47,282 nucleotides of DNA from Gemmatimonadota bacterium (lineage in GTDB: Bacteria; Gemmatimonadota; Gemmatimonadetes; Gemmatimonadales; GWC2-71-9), in NCBI GenBank assembly GCA_034440415.1, contig JAWXBX010000195.1, positions 1 through 47,282 on the forward strand, read 5' to 3'. A program made the position numbers and the translations under genes. This document shows positions 12,128 to 20,884 of this stretch, piece by piece (positions within the stretch are counted from its first letter, which is position 1; each line of letters begins with the position of its first letter). The notes under the pieces were generated by a model, which worked only from the letters and a program-made list of their open reading frames with translations, was not told the origin of the DNA and made no database searches.

Positions 12128-12574
12128 TCACGGACTCCGCGGCTTCAACTCCCACAGCACATTGACGATACGCCACTCCCCGTTCCAGCGCGCCATCTGC
12201 TTGCAATCGATCCAGCCTGCCATTGTCGCCCGCACGCTGGCCACGTTGCCGTAGATGTCGAGGATCACCACATCCTTCTGCTGCTGGGCCTTCGGGGTCT
12301 GCTTGCCGTAGCCCGCTTCCGCCCCCTTGATCAGTCGCGCGGCATCCATCTGTTCCAGCCGCGAATGGCCGGCGCTATCGGTGTGGACGATTCGCTTGAC
12401 CAGTTCCGGGTGCAGGGCCCGCGTCATCCGTTGAGCGTTCCCTTCGTACCAGCCCTCCACATAGTTGAGCGCCGTGACTCGGATCGCGGCGCTGTCCGCG
12501 GCTGACTGGGCAGCGGCGGGAGCGACGGGAAGCAACAGGATGAACGTCGTGAGCAACGGAAGGGCGGCGCGCAT
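12128..12574 (-). CDS. NTF2-like putative lumazine-binding protein, exported
   Basis: Signal peptide ending AAAQ; ALNYVEGWYEG..RALHPELVKR, GEWRIVNVLW. Confidence 0.85.
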   Translation of the reverse strand: MRAALPLLTTFILLLPVAPAAAQSAADSAAIRVTALNYVEGWYEGNAQRMTRALHPELVKRIVHTDSAGHSRLEQMDAARLIKGAEAGYGKQTPKAQQQKDVVILDIYGNVASVRATMAGWIDCKQMARWNGEWRIVNVLWELKPRSP

Positions 12575-12716
12575 CAGGAGGCTCCGGATGGGGATGCGCC
12601 TCCGACGGATATCGGCGGGGGCCGGTTTCGAGCCGCCTATTTGAGTGGCGACAAGGGGTATCCTTGCCGCCAACCTGCAGGGCCCTGCTTATCACACTGT
12701 TGGGCAGCTCGTCCTG

Positions 12717-13336
12717 CTACCGCCGCATCAGCCGCAGGGCGAAGTCCCGCCCCAACCCCTGGGGATAGGCCAGCGTGATCCAGAAGAGCGCCAGCGATTC
12801 GAGCTGCCGGGCCCGGGAGAGCGGGCCCAGGTCGACCATGTCGAACCCCAGCCCCTCCCCCAGCTGGCGAACCACCGCCTTGCCCGGAGCATCGTCGCCG
12901 CAGTACGGCATCATGGCGGCACCGTCCGGGTAGGCCGGGGTGAGGTAGTTGTTGGCTCCCGTGGTATTGAAGCACTTGACCACAAGGGCGCCGGGCGCGG
13001 CGCGCTGGATCTCCTCCGCCCCGGAGGTCTCACTCCCCACGGCGAGGCCGGCAAGATTTGGCAGCAGCGGATTGGTCGCGTCGACCACCACCTTTCCCCG
13101 CAGCTCCAGTCCGTGCACCGTGGCCAACGTGACATCCCATGGTGTCGCCAGCACTACGACTTCGGCGCCCTGCACCGCCTGGGCAACCGGCAGCGCTGTC
13201 GCCCCGGTTTCCGTGAGCAGAGCGGCAAGCTTGGCGCTCCCGGGCTCCCGCGCCCCGAAGCAGGTGTGACCCTGCCGGCAAACCCGCGGCCGAGATTGCC
13301 GCCAACCGACCCCGCCCCGATAATGGTGATGCGCAT
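12717..13336 (-). pseudogene. NADP oxidoreductase (F420-dependent-like) with 1-nt frameshift
   Basis: MRITIIGAGSVGGNLG Rossmann motif in one frame; VVLATPW, VVDATNP, VVKCFNT in the next; one base missing near 13267-13268. Confidence 0.85.
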
Positions 13337-13389
13337 CGCGGCTGCTCCAGCGAGTGTGAGAAGAGATCGCTGCTGATGCAGCCGTCAGC

Positions 13390-13450
13390 TGCCACCTGCT
13401 ACCTGCCACCTGCCACCTGCTACCTGCTACCTGCTACCTGCCACCTGCTA
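13390..13450. repeat. Heptamer tandem repeat (TGCYACC)x8 plus partial
   Basis: TGCCACC and TGCTACC units read directly; overlaps the DJ-1 stop codon. Confidence 0.92.
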
Positions 13451-14188
13451 CACCCCCAGCGCCTCGATGACCAGCCGGGCCACGGCGGCACCCGAGTACT
13501 GCTGCTGCCCCGTCACCAGGCGGCCGTCGCGAAAGGCAAACTCACGCCAAGCCGGCGCGGTGATAAAGTTGACACCCAGCTTCTTGGCCGCATCCTCGAT
13601 CCGGAAGGGCATGACCTTCTGCCCCACCATCGCGTCGGCCAGGTCCTCCTCGCTGTTGGCGAAGCCGGTGATGGTCCGTCCCCGGATCAGCGGCGTGCCA
13701 TCCGCCAGCTTCACGTAGAGCAGTGCCGCCACGCCGTGACAGAGTGCCGCGGTCACCTTGCCGGCGGTGTAGAAACCCGCCAGCAGCGCGTGAAGCGCCG
13801 GCTCGGTGGGAAAGGTGAACATCGGCGACTGGCCGCCACACACGACCACGGCATCATAGTCCTCGACGCGACAGTCGGCGACGCGGCGGGTGTCAGCCAG
13901 CAGTGCGGCGTGGGTCGGAGAGGCGAGAAAGCCCAGGCTCAGCAGATCGTCCGCGGAGTAGCCGCTGGCGTCGCGCGGATCGCTGTAGCCGTCCAGCTCG
14001 ATGCGGCCCCCCTTGGGACTGGCCAGCGTGACACTGTACCCGGTCGCGGTGAACGTCACCCAGGGATGGATCAGCTCGGAGGCCCAGAATCCGACGGGCC
14101 AGCCGAGCGTGGTGGAGACGGCGGGATTGGCGGCGACCATCAGGATGCGCTTCGGCGCAGCGGTCGCAGTATTGATCGTGGCGCTCAT
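13448..14188 (-). CDS. DJ-1/PfpI (type 1 glutamine amidotransferase-like) protein
   Basis: GFWASELIHP, ASPKGG, VCGG, ALCHG, DGRLVTGQ; GGAG RBS. Confidence 0.92.
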   Translation of the reverse strand: MSATINTATAAPKRILMVAANPAVSTTLGWPVGFWASELIHPWVTFTATGYSVTLASPKGGRIELDGYSDPRDASGYSADDLLSLGFLASPTHAALLADTRRVADCRVEDYDAVVVCGGQSPMFTFPTEPALHALLAGFYTAGKVTAALCHGVAALLYVKLADGTPLIRGRTITGFANSEEDLADAMVGQKVMPFRIEDAAKKLGVNFITAPAWREFAFRDGRLVTGQQQYSGAAVARLVIEALGV

Positions 14189-14261
14189 GGGTGCTCCGGA
14201 ATGTCAGCAACGGGTGGTCTGGACAGCGGACCCACGACTGTAGATGCTGTACACTCCTGCC

Positions 14262-14294
14262 GGCAAGTAGATACCGGTCAGTGCCATACTTACC
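14262..14294. promoter_or_regulatory. Putative HxlR-family operator (inverted repeat)
   Basis: GGCAAGTA-N17-TACTTACC (7/8 arm match) in the divergent DJ-1/HxlR intergenic region. Confidence 0.5.
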
Positions 14295-14305
14295 TCGGAG
14301 TGCCC

Positions 14306-14683
14306 ATGGCTCCCGTGAAAGGGGCAAAAGCCCGGCCGTTCGCCGGCATCCCCGGCAGCCAGTTGCTGCTGGGCCTGCTGGCGGACAAGTGGACGATCCC
14401 CGTCATCCATGTGCTGGCACGCGGCACGCGGCGGTTCGGCGAGCTGCACCGCTAGCTGGGTACGGTGTCGCAGAAGATGCTGACCCAGTGTCTCCGGCGC
14501 CTGGAATAGCATGGCATCGTGGAGCGCACGGTCTACCCCGTCATCCCGCCTCATGTGGATTACGCCCTGACCCCACTGGGCCGGAGACTCAATGAACCGC
14601 TGGCGGGACTGTGCAGCTGGGTGGAGAAGCACGGGCGGGGCCTGGTCCGCTGCACCCGGAAGGAAACTGCCGCCGCCGAGTGA
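14306..14683 (+). pseudogene. HxlR family winged-helix regulator with two in-frame TAG codons
   Basis: Manual translation: ..LADKWT..RRFGELHR*LGTVSQKMLTQCLRRLE*HGIVERTVYPVIPPHVDYALTPLG..; TAG at 14453-14455 and 14507-14509; GGAG RBS. Confidence 0.9.
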
Positions 14684-14754
14684 GGCCGGGCAGGAAAGGA
14701 AACGGCGCGGGCATCCTCAGGATGTCCGCGCCGTTCTGCCTAGCCGTTCGTGGA

Positions 14755-15672
14755 TCAGACCGGCCCAGCTGTCCGCACGACCGTAAAGGCGCCGCAGGCG
14801 GTGAACAGCACATCCACAGTCGACTCCACGCCATTCCGGGTCACCATCAGCATCACCTGACCGGCATCAATCCTCGGCTCGACGGTGCAGGCGGGATTGT
14901 AGTGCATCGGGGTGATGGTGCTGGTCACCACCGACCAGGAACGGTTGCCCCGCGCCCAGGTGCCGGTCCCGTTGACGGCCCAATTGCCGGCGGGCAGCGG
15001 GAAGCCCAGCACGATGGACCCGGCAAGATCCGCGGTGAAGTGACCCACCCAGTCGCGGGTATGCGTGGTCGAGCGGCCCAGCGGGTGGGTCCGGACGGTC
15101 ACGAAGTTGGTGAGGGTATGGCCCAGCGTGTCACTGCTCGCGCCCCACTCGCGGGTGCCGTTGTCCACCGCACCGAAGCTCCGGGCCGGAAAGGGCACGT
15201 TGGTGCGGCTGCGGCCGAAGTTGGTGAAGACGTGGCGCACACCAAGGCTGGCAACTGTCGGCTGGGCATCGAGGAAATCGATCGTCCCGCTGAGCGAGTC
15301 GATGATGTTGCCGTTGGCCCGGGTGAAGACGCAGTCGGCATAGTCGAACCGTACCGAGTCGGGCACGATGTCGGCATCGGAGCTGATCGGCGCCGCGGGA
15401 CTGATGGTGACGCAGGGGGACTGGGGCGGCGAATTGACCGAGACACCACCAACGGAGGCGGTGCTGAGGCTCAAGCCGGACAGGGCATCAAAGGCGGAGG
15501 CGTCGGCCAGCCCGGTGAAGTCATCGGCCGCATCGTCGGCCAGGGACTGGGCTTCTGTGGATGTCATCAGGTTGCTGCTGGCGGAGGGGCTGTTGCTGTC
15601 GCTGCAGCCGGCGAGCACCAGGGTCAGCGCCAGGCCGGTTGCGGCGCCCAGCGGGCGGAGGCGAGTCAACAT
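14755..15672 (-). CDS. Hypothetical beta-rich lipoprotein
   Basis: LAGC lipobox, AAGGAG RBS, Thr/Ser/Gly-rich, 305 aa. Confidence 0.8.
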   Translation of the reverse strand: MLTRLRPLGAATGLALTLVLAGCSDSNSPSASSNLMTSTEAQSLADDAADDFTGLADASAFDALSGLSLSTASVGGVSVNSPPQSPCVTISPAAPISSDADIVPDSVRFDYADCVFTRANGNIIDSLSGTIDFLDAQPTVASLGVRHVFTNFGRSRTNVPFPARSFGAVDNGTREWGASSDTLGHTLTNFVTVRTHPLGRSTTHTRDWVGHFTADLAGSIVLGFPLPAGNWAVNGTGTWARGNRSWSVVTSTITPMHYNPACTVEPRIDAGQVMLMVTRNGVESTVDVLFTACGAFTVVRTAGPV

Positions 15673-15846
15673 GGGAAAGCTCCTTCTTGAGTTGTGTCAC
15701 GAGGGGTCGGCCAGCTTCACCGCCACAGACGACACCTCCCTCCGGTTGTTAAGGTGTGATTTGGCTCACAGGTCGTTGGGCGGTGGCGGGGCAGGCTCGA
15801 CACTCCGAGGCGGTATCAACGCCCACGGTCTCACCGGACCGGACTT

Positions 15847-16215
15847 CTACCCCTGGCCCATCTGGAGCAGCAGTCGCCTGGAGGCGACCAGGCGATACCC
15901 ATCGGTCAGGAGCTCGCCCAGCTCCCGCCAGTCGGGCTTGTCATCGAGCCAAACACCGACCCAGCCGCTCGGGCCGACATACGCAGGCACGAAAAACCGG
16001 TGCGGTGCCGCCCGGATCATCAACCCCTGGTTGCCCGGGGCGGCCTTCAACCAGACCGCCGCGCGCCCGTCGCCATGATGATTGCCAGCCGCGGCGTACA
16101 TCGCGAACATCTTGTTGCGCACCCGGAAGGTGGGAGCTTCCCAAGCCTCCACCTCATGCGCCTCCGGCAGGCTGAGACACAGCTTCCGGAGGCGCGTGAG
16201 TGGGGCTGGGGGCAT
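15847..16215 (-). CDS. MmcQ/YjbR family protein
   Basis: CLSLPEAHE, PTFRVRNKMFA, FFVPAYVGPSGWVGV. Confidence 0.9.
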   Translation of the reverse strand: MPPAPLTRLRKLCLSLPEAHEVEAWEAPTFRVRNKMFAMYAAAGNHHGDGRAAVWLKAAPGNQGLMIRAAPHRFFVPAYVGPSGWVGVWLDDKPDWRELGELLTDGYRLVASRRLLLQMGQG

Positions 16216-16228
16216 GCGGGTCTCCCTG

Positions 16229-17290
16229 CTACTTGAGCCCCGCGACGACTCCGCGGATCCGCCCCTTCTGCGCCTCGGGCGCGAGCTCCAGCGCCTTCTG
16301 GTACAGGGTCAGCGCTTCCTTCTTGTTGCCCTGCGCCGCAAGCGCTTCCCCGAGGCTGTCGTACACATTCCATGACTTGGGGTAGTCACGCACGTTCTTG
16401 CGGAACAGCGCGATCGCTTCGTCCTTCTTGCCCTCCCCCAGCAGCTGGTAGCCCACCGCATTCACATCCGCCTCCGTGGCAACCGCCATCGCTCGCTCCC
16501 GCAGCGCCGCTGCGCCAGCGGTATTACCCTGCCGCGCCATGATGTTCGACTGGAGCCGCAGGTTGGCAAAGGTGGGTGCGATCTGCACCGCACTGTCGGC
16601 CCACGCTGCCGCCAGGTCAAGCCGTGTGTTATGCATCAGGGCCCACCGCCCCGCTTCGGCCCAGATCTGGGGCCAGAAGCGCGGCAGCCCGCGAATCTGC
16701 TGCTGGATGCTATCGATGACGACGTCGTTGGTCGCGACGGTGATGGGAATAATGACCGCCAGCTTCTCCCAGTGCAGCGCCAGCGTCACCGAGGTGTCGG
16801 ACATTTCATCCATGGTGTACTGCAGCCGATCGATGTAGTCGGCCGGCCGGGTCGGCACGGTGACTCGCGCCGCGTCCTCGGATGGCCTGTAGGAAAAGCT
16901 GCCCCAGGCGTTCGACTCCCGGCTCAGGATCAGGGTCCAGGTCGAGCTGGTGGGGATCATGTGCAGACCATAGCGCCCGGCCGGGAGCCGGGTGGTGCCG
17001 ATCCGGAACGGCGAAGTCACCGCAAGCACGGTGTTCTCGTTGGCACCGGCGCGCCAGACGCTGTCCATCGGGACCAGGCCGCCCCAGATCTTTCTCCCCT
17101 TCACCGCCGGCCGGTCATACGACAGGCTGATGGTGCTCAGCCCGACCGTCTGCGACACCGTCGCACGCGGGCTTTCCTTCGGGGTGACGAGGACCGGTGC
17201 CCCCGCCTGGGCATGAAGGACGACTGGGACGGCGGGCAGGAGCGCCAGCAGCAGGGCAAGCGCGCCGTTCAGCGCACGAGAATGCAACAT
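16229..17290 (-). CDS. DUF2911 domain plus TPR exported protein
   Basis: SPRATVSQTVG, YDRPAVKGRKIWG, WRAGANENT, LPAGRYGL; C-terminal TPR (NVYDSLGEAL); GGAGG RBS. Confidence 0.9.
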   Translation of the reverse strand: MLHSRALNGALALLLALLPAVPVVLHAQAGAPVLVTPKESPRATVSQTVGLSTISLSYDRPAVKGRKIWGGLVPMDSVWRAGANENTVLAVTSPFRIGTTRLPAGRYGLHMIPTSSTWTLILSRESNAWGSFSYRPSEDAARVTVPTRPADYIDRLQYTMDEMSDTSVTLALHWEKLAVIIPITVATNDVVIDSIQQQIRGLPRFWPQIWAEAGRWALMHNTRLDLAAAWADSAVQIAPTFANLRLQSNIMARQGNTAGAAALRERAMAVATEADVNAVGYQLLGEGKKDEAIALFRKNVRDYPKSWNVYDSLGEALAAQGNKKEALTLYQKALELAPEAQKGRIRGVVAGLK

Positions 17291-17520
17291 GCAACCTCCG
17301 AGAGGGATGGGGCGGTAATGGCAAGCAACCGGGTCTGTACGGGCCTCAGCCGGAAGAGGTTACGCGTTTCAGATCGAGTCGCCCGACGCCCCGGAGATGG
17401 GGCCCGCCCGGGGTCGCTGGGAGCGGGGACTTCACCAGAAGCCGGGAGGTGATCGCGGAGTCATGGGGAGGTGGACCCGATCCCTACCTACACTGAGCGG
17501 TAACGGCGGGAGACGCTGGA

Positions 17521-18426
17521 CTACCCCCGGTCGCTGTAGCGGCTCTTCGCATCAAACTCGTCAATCCGTAGCTGCGGGATGCTCCCGCCATAAACATTTT
17601 CGGCGAGCCACTCGAGTTCGGCCGCCTGCCCTGCCATTCGCAGCTCACAATACCACGCCTTCGGGCGGCCGTCCTTGCCGTCGTTCCACTTGTAGCGACG
17701 ATTCCTGAGAGCATCCTTATAGGCAAACGATGCCTGCTCCGCCCAGATCCGCACCGACTTCTGCCGCGCGGAAACGAGCAGCTGCTGCATCGGGAGCGCG
17801 CCCCCCTCCAGCGGTGTTGCCAGCAGGTGGATCAGCGCCACGCAGTCGTGATCCGCCTGATGCGCGCCGTAGAACATCCCGCACTGCTTCATCAGCAGGA
17901 ATTCGAGCGCCCCCGAGCGGCTCCCCGCCCCGCGCCACGGCACGTCCTGCTGCGAGCAGGCCCAGTGCTTCTCCTTGAACAGCGGCATGCGCCGCTCCAT
18001 GAAGCCCCGGTCGAACCGCGCGTTATGCGCGATGATCAGCGCGGCAGGCCCGACGAAGCGCTCCACCGCGGCGTCATCGATCCGCTTCCCTTTCACATCG
18101 GCATCGGTGATGCCGGTGAGGGCGACCACCTCGGCGGGAATCGGCCGGCCAGGATCCTCGAGGAAGGTGAGCGGAGTGCCCACGCCATAGATGGCGCCGG
18201 ATTCGGGGGCAAACTCGAAGGGTACGAGCGCAAGCTGGATGATTGCGTCGCGCCCAGACTCGAGCCCAGTGGTCTCGACATCGAGCGCAACGGCGGTCTT
18301 GGTGGGGGTGCCGTCGGCGGCGTGGTAGGAACGGACCGGCTGGAGCCGGCGCAGCACCCGATAGTCGCCGGTGGCTTCGAGGGCGGCGGCGAGCTTTTCG
18401 GGGTCGGACCCAGGAGAGTGCGTCAT
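17521..18426 (-). CDS. DEDDh 3'-5' exonuclease (DNA Pol III epsilon-like)
   Basis: LDVETTG, IIAHNARFD, HQADHDC motifs. Confidence 0.92.
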   Translation of the reverse strand: MTHSPGSDPEKLAAALEATGDYRVLRRLQPVRSYHAADGTPTKTAVALDVETTGLESGRDAIIQLALVPFEFAPESGAIYGVGTPLTFLEDPGRPIPAEVVALTGITDADVKGKRIDDAAVERFVGPAALIIAHNARFDRGFMERRMPLFKEKHWACSQQDVPWRGAGSRSGALEFLLMKQCGMFYGAHQADHDCVALIHLLATPLEGGALPMQQLLVSARQKSVRIWAEQASFAYKDALRNRRYKWNDGKDGRPKAWYCELRMAGQAAELEWLAENVYGGSIPQLRIDEFDAKSRYSDRG

Positions 18427-18472
18427 CGCCAGCCGGGGTGCGGGATGAGGCGCGGAAAAGCGATGCGACGCC

Positions 18473-18865
18473 TCAGTGCGCGTCGAACCAGAGATCGATG
18501 TCGTAATGAATCGTGATCTCCTCGCCCTCGGCGATCGGACGGAGCGCCGCGAGGATCATGCACTGGCGTTCGTAGTCGGGCCAGACGCCGGCGTTGGCGG
18601 TTTCGGCGTGATTCACCAGGCTCACCAGCCCGAATGCCACGGCACCCCGCCAGTCCTCGTCCCCATCCCAGTGGAAGTAGTGATGGCCGAGCGGCGTCTC
18701 TTCGAGCAGCGAGGCCTGCGCGGCGTCGATGATGGCGACGGGAGCCATCTCGATCACTTCGTCCTCCGCGATGGCCCGGGCGGCGAAGAGCCCACGTCCC
18801 TTGATGGCATCGTTGCGGACGACCACCGGGGCGGACTCGGGCGAGACGATCACAGCGAGGGACAT
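18473..18865 (-). CDS. SET domain protein-lysine methyltransferase-like protein
   Basis: KGRGLFAARAI, SLVNHA..AN, ALRPIAEGEEITIHY. Confidence 0.9.
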   Translation of the reverse strand: MSLAVIVSPESAPVVVRNDAIKGRGLFAARAIAEDEVIEMAPVAIIDAAQASLLEETPLGHHYFHWDGDEDWRGAVAFGLVSLVNHAETANAGVWPDYERQCMILAALRPIAEGEEITIHYDIDLWFDAH

Positions 18866-19262
18866 GGGACCGCGGTGGTGAGGGCAGGGAGCTTATTTGC
18901 GCCAGGCAGTCGCCAGGCGCAGCGTCGCAGAACAGGGCGTCAAGCTAATCCGGCCGCGTACTCTTGTCATGACGTCGATGCCGCCTGGCCATGCGGTGCC
19001 ACACGGTAGAGCGCCTCAAGTAGCTCTGGATATTGAGGATGCTCAGCGTGCGGTTGCTGATGATGATGATGATGATCCTGGTGGCGATGACGCTCGGCGT
19101 GCGGTAGATGCTGCTGATGCCCCTGTTCCTGCCGCCGTGGGTGCTCGCGCCGTCGATGATCTCCATCAGCTCTCCCGCATGGGGCGGCAGCGCCCGACGG
19201 TGAGAGGTTTCGCCTCCCGCTTCAGCGCTGTGGAGTGCCGGTCCTGAATCCCACAGGACGGC

Positions 19263-19312
19263 TTGCAAATCGGCGGATCGGCAGGTATTTTCGCTTTTCG
19301 CGAAACGCGAAA
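19263..19312 (+). promoter_or_regulatory. Sigma70-like promoter with overlapping 24-bp palindromic operator
   Basis: TTGCAA(19263)-N17-TATTTT(19286); TTTCGCTTTTCG|CGAAACGCGAAA at 19289-19312 (11/12 match). Confidence 0.6.
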
Positions 19313-19333
19313 CACCTTATCGGACATGGAGAT

Positions 19334-19861
19334 ATGAGGCAAGTCGTCCTTCGACCCCACGACGTCGCCGTTGCCCTGGAGCTGGCGTTACGGCCCGAGG
19401 AGGGTTTCGTGCCACTGGCCGACGCGGTCGGCGTGAGCCTGAGTGAGGCACATGGCGCGGTGAAACGACTGACCCAGGCAGGATTGCTGAGCCAGGAGCG
19501 GCGCCGAGTAGTACCCTCGGCGCTCCTGGATTTCATCGCATCAGGAATCCCGCGCGCATTTCCGGCGTCGGTGGGTGCGGAGACCCGAGGCGTCCCAACC
19601 GCGACCTCCGGCCCGAGTCTGGCCATGGAGTTTCCGAAGGCACAGCGATACGTCTGGCCGAGTTCGGAGGGCCACGCCCGCGGTCAAAGCCTGACCCCGC
19701 TCTACCCAAAGGCCACGAAAGTTGGGGTCAGGCGTGACGATCTCTATACGCTGCTGACCCTCGTCGACGCCGTCCGAGTAGGGCAGGCGCGGGAGCGCGA
19801 GCGGGCGCGGGAGTTGATCGGCGAGCGTCTCATCAGGGCGAATCCGGAACGACCGGCGTGA
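19334..19861 (+). CDS. HTH protein, putative AbiEi-like antitoxin/regulator
   Basis: ATG 19334; LADAVGVSLSEAHGAVKRL HTH; RGVPTA, VWP, PLY, LVDAVRVGQARER; GTGA overlap with the next gene. Confidence 0.7.
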   Translation: MRQVVLRPHDVAVALELALRPEEGFVPLADAVGVSLSEAHGAVKRLTQAGLLSQERRRVVPSALLDFIASGIPRAFPASVGAETRGVPTATSGPSLAMEFPKAQRYVWPSSEGHARGQSLTPLYPKATKVGVRRDDLYTLLTLVDAVRVGQARERERARELIGERLIRANPERPA

Positions 19862-20581
19862 GTAACGGTCCCAATCGCGGTCAGCTGGAAAGGGTGGTCC
19901 GCCAGCTGGGCTCACTGCTTGAGGAGGTTGTGATCGTCGGTGGACAGGTGGCCGAACTGCTCGTGACGGACCCGGCGGCAACCCGAGTCCGACCGACGGA
20001 TGATGTGGATGTCGTGGTCGCGGCCACGACCCGCACGGCGTACAATGCGGTAGGAGAGAGGTTGCGTGGCCTGGGATTCCGGGAAGACGTACGACCTGGG
20101 GCCCCACTCTGCCGATGGCAGGCAGCGGGCGAGCTCGTGCTAGACGTGATGCCGATCAGTGAGGAGATTTCTGGGATTCTCGAACCCATGGTATCAAGAG
20201 GTGCTGGACACCGCGACGCGATACCCGCTGACGACGGATCTCTCGATTCGGATCGCGGCTGCCCCAGCATACCTGGCCACAAAATGGGCGGCATTCGATG
20301 GCCGTGGTCGTGGTGACCACGTCGGCAGCCACGACATCGAAGATATCATCACGGTCGTGGCGGGCCGCGAGGAAATCCTGGACGAAATCGAACGGTCGTC
20401 GGTGCGTCTGATCGATTTTCTGGCCAAACGAACGCGTGCTTTCCTCACTCACCCCGATGGGGCCGACGCGATCGAAGGCGCGCTGCCAGACGCCCGCTTC
20501 GACCCAACACTGGTGGGTCGAGTTCGCGGCCGGCTTGAGGCGATTGGTCGCATGTCCGTCCGCTTGTCCAGGCCAGGCTGA
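19858..20581 (+). pseudogene. Nucleotidyltransferase (AbiEii-like) with +1 frameshift
   Basis: VIVGG, RPTDDVDVVV, LDVMP; extra T at 20168-20170; continues LGFSNPWY, ATKWAAF..RG, SHDIEDI. Confidence 0.78.
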
Positions 20582-20629
20582 ACTCAACCAGGCGTGACCC
20601 TCCCAGCCAGGGAGTGTTCTCCGGTACAC

Positions 20630-20649
20630 AGTGGCTGGGGAGGGAATTG
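20630..20649 (-). repeat. 20-bp direct copy of the tRNA-Phe 3' end (att-like)
   Basis: CAATTCCCTCCCCAGCCACT (minus strand) at both 20727-20746 and 20630-20649. Confidence 0.85.
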
Positions 20650-20688
20650 GCCCGGGCCACTGGCCGGCGAGGGCGCACTCCTGGAGAC

Positions 20689-20715
20689 AGAAAACCCTCC
20701 CCATGCAGGAGGGTT
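20689..20715 (-). terminator. Intrinsic terminator-like hairpin downstream of tRNA-Phe
   Basis: AACCCTCC-TGCATGG-GGAGGGTT followed by TTCT on the minus strand. Confidence 0.55.
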
Positions 20716-20728
20716 CCGCACAACAGAG

Positions 20729-20801
<73 letters not shown>

Positions 20802-20884
20802 GGGAAGGGGGCGGAATATAAGCCGGGACCGGCGTGCGGGGAAACCGGCGGTCAGCTGTCAGCCGCCCGGCTCCGGCCTGCAGG

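Noticed and set aside
13390-13450. CRISPR array
   Set aside because: These are 7-nt tandem units with no spacers, and no cas genes are present.
18897-19268. Poly-Asp (18897-19247 +) and poly-Ile (18945-19268 -) ORFs
   Set aside because: The poly-Asp frame has poor GC3 and the poly-Ile frame has typical antisense-shadow composition. Both stem from a TGA/ATG triplet repeat.
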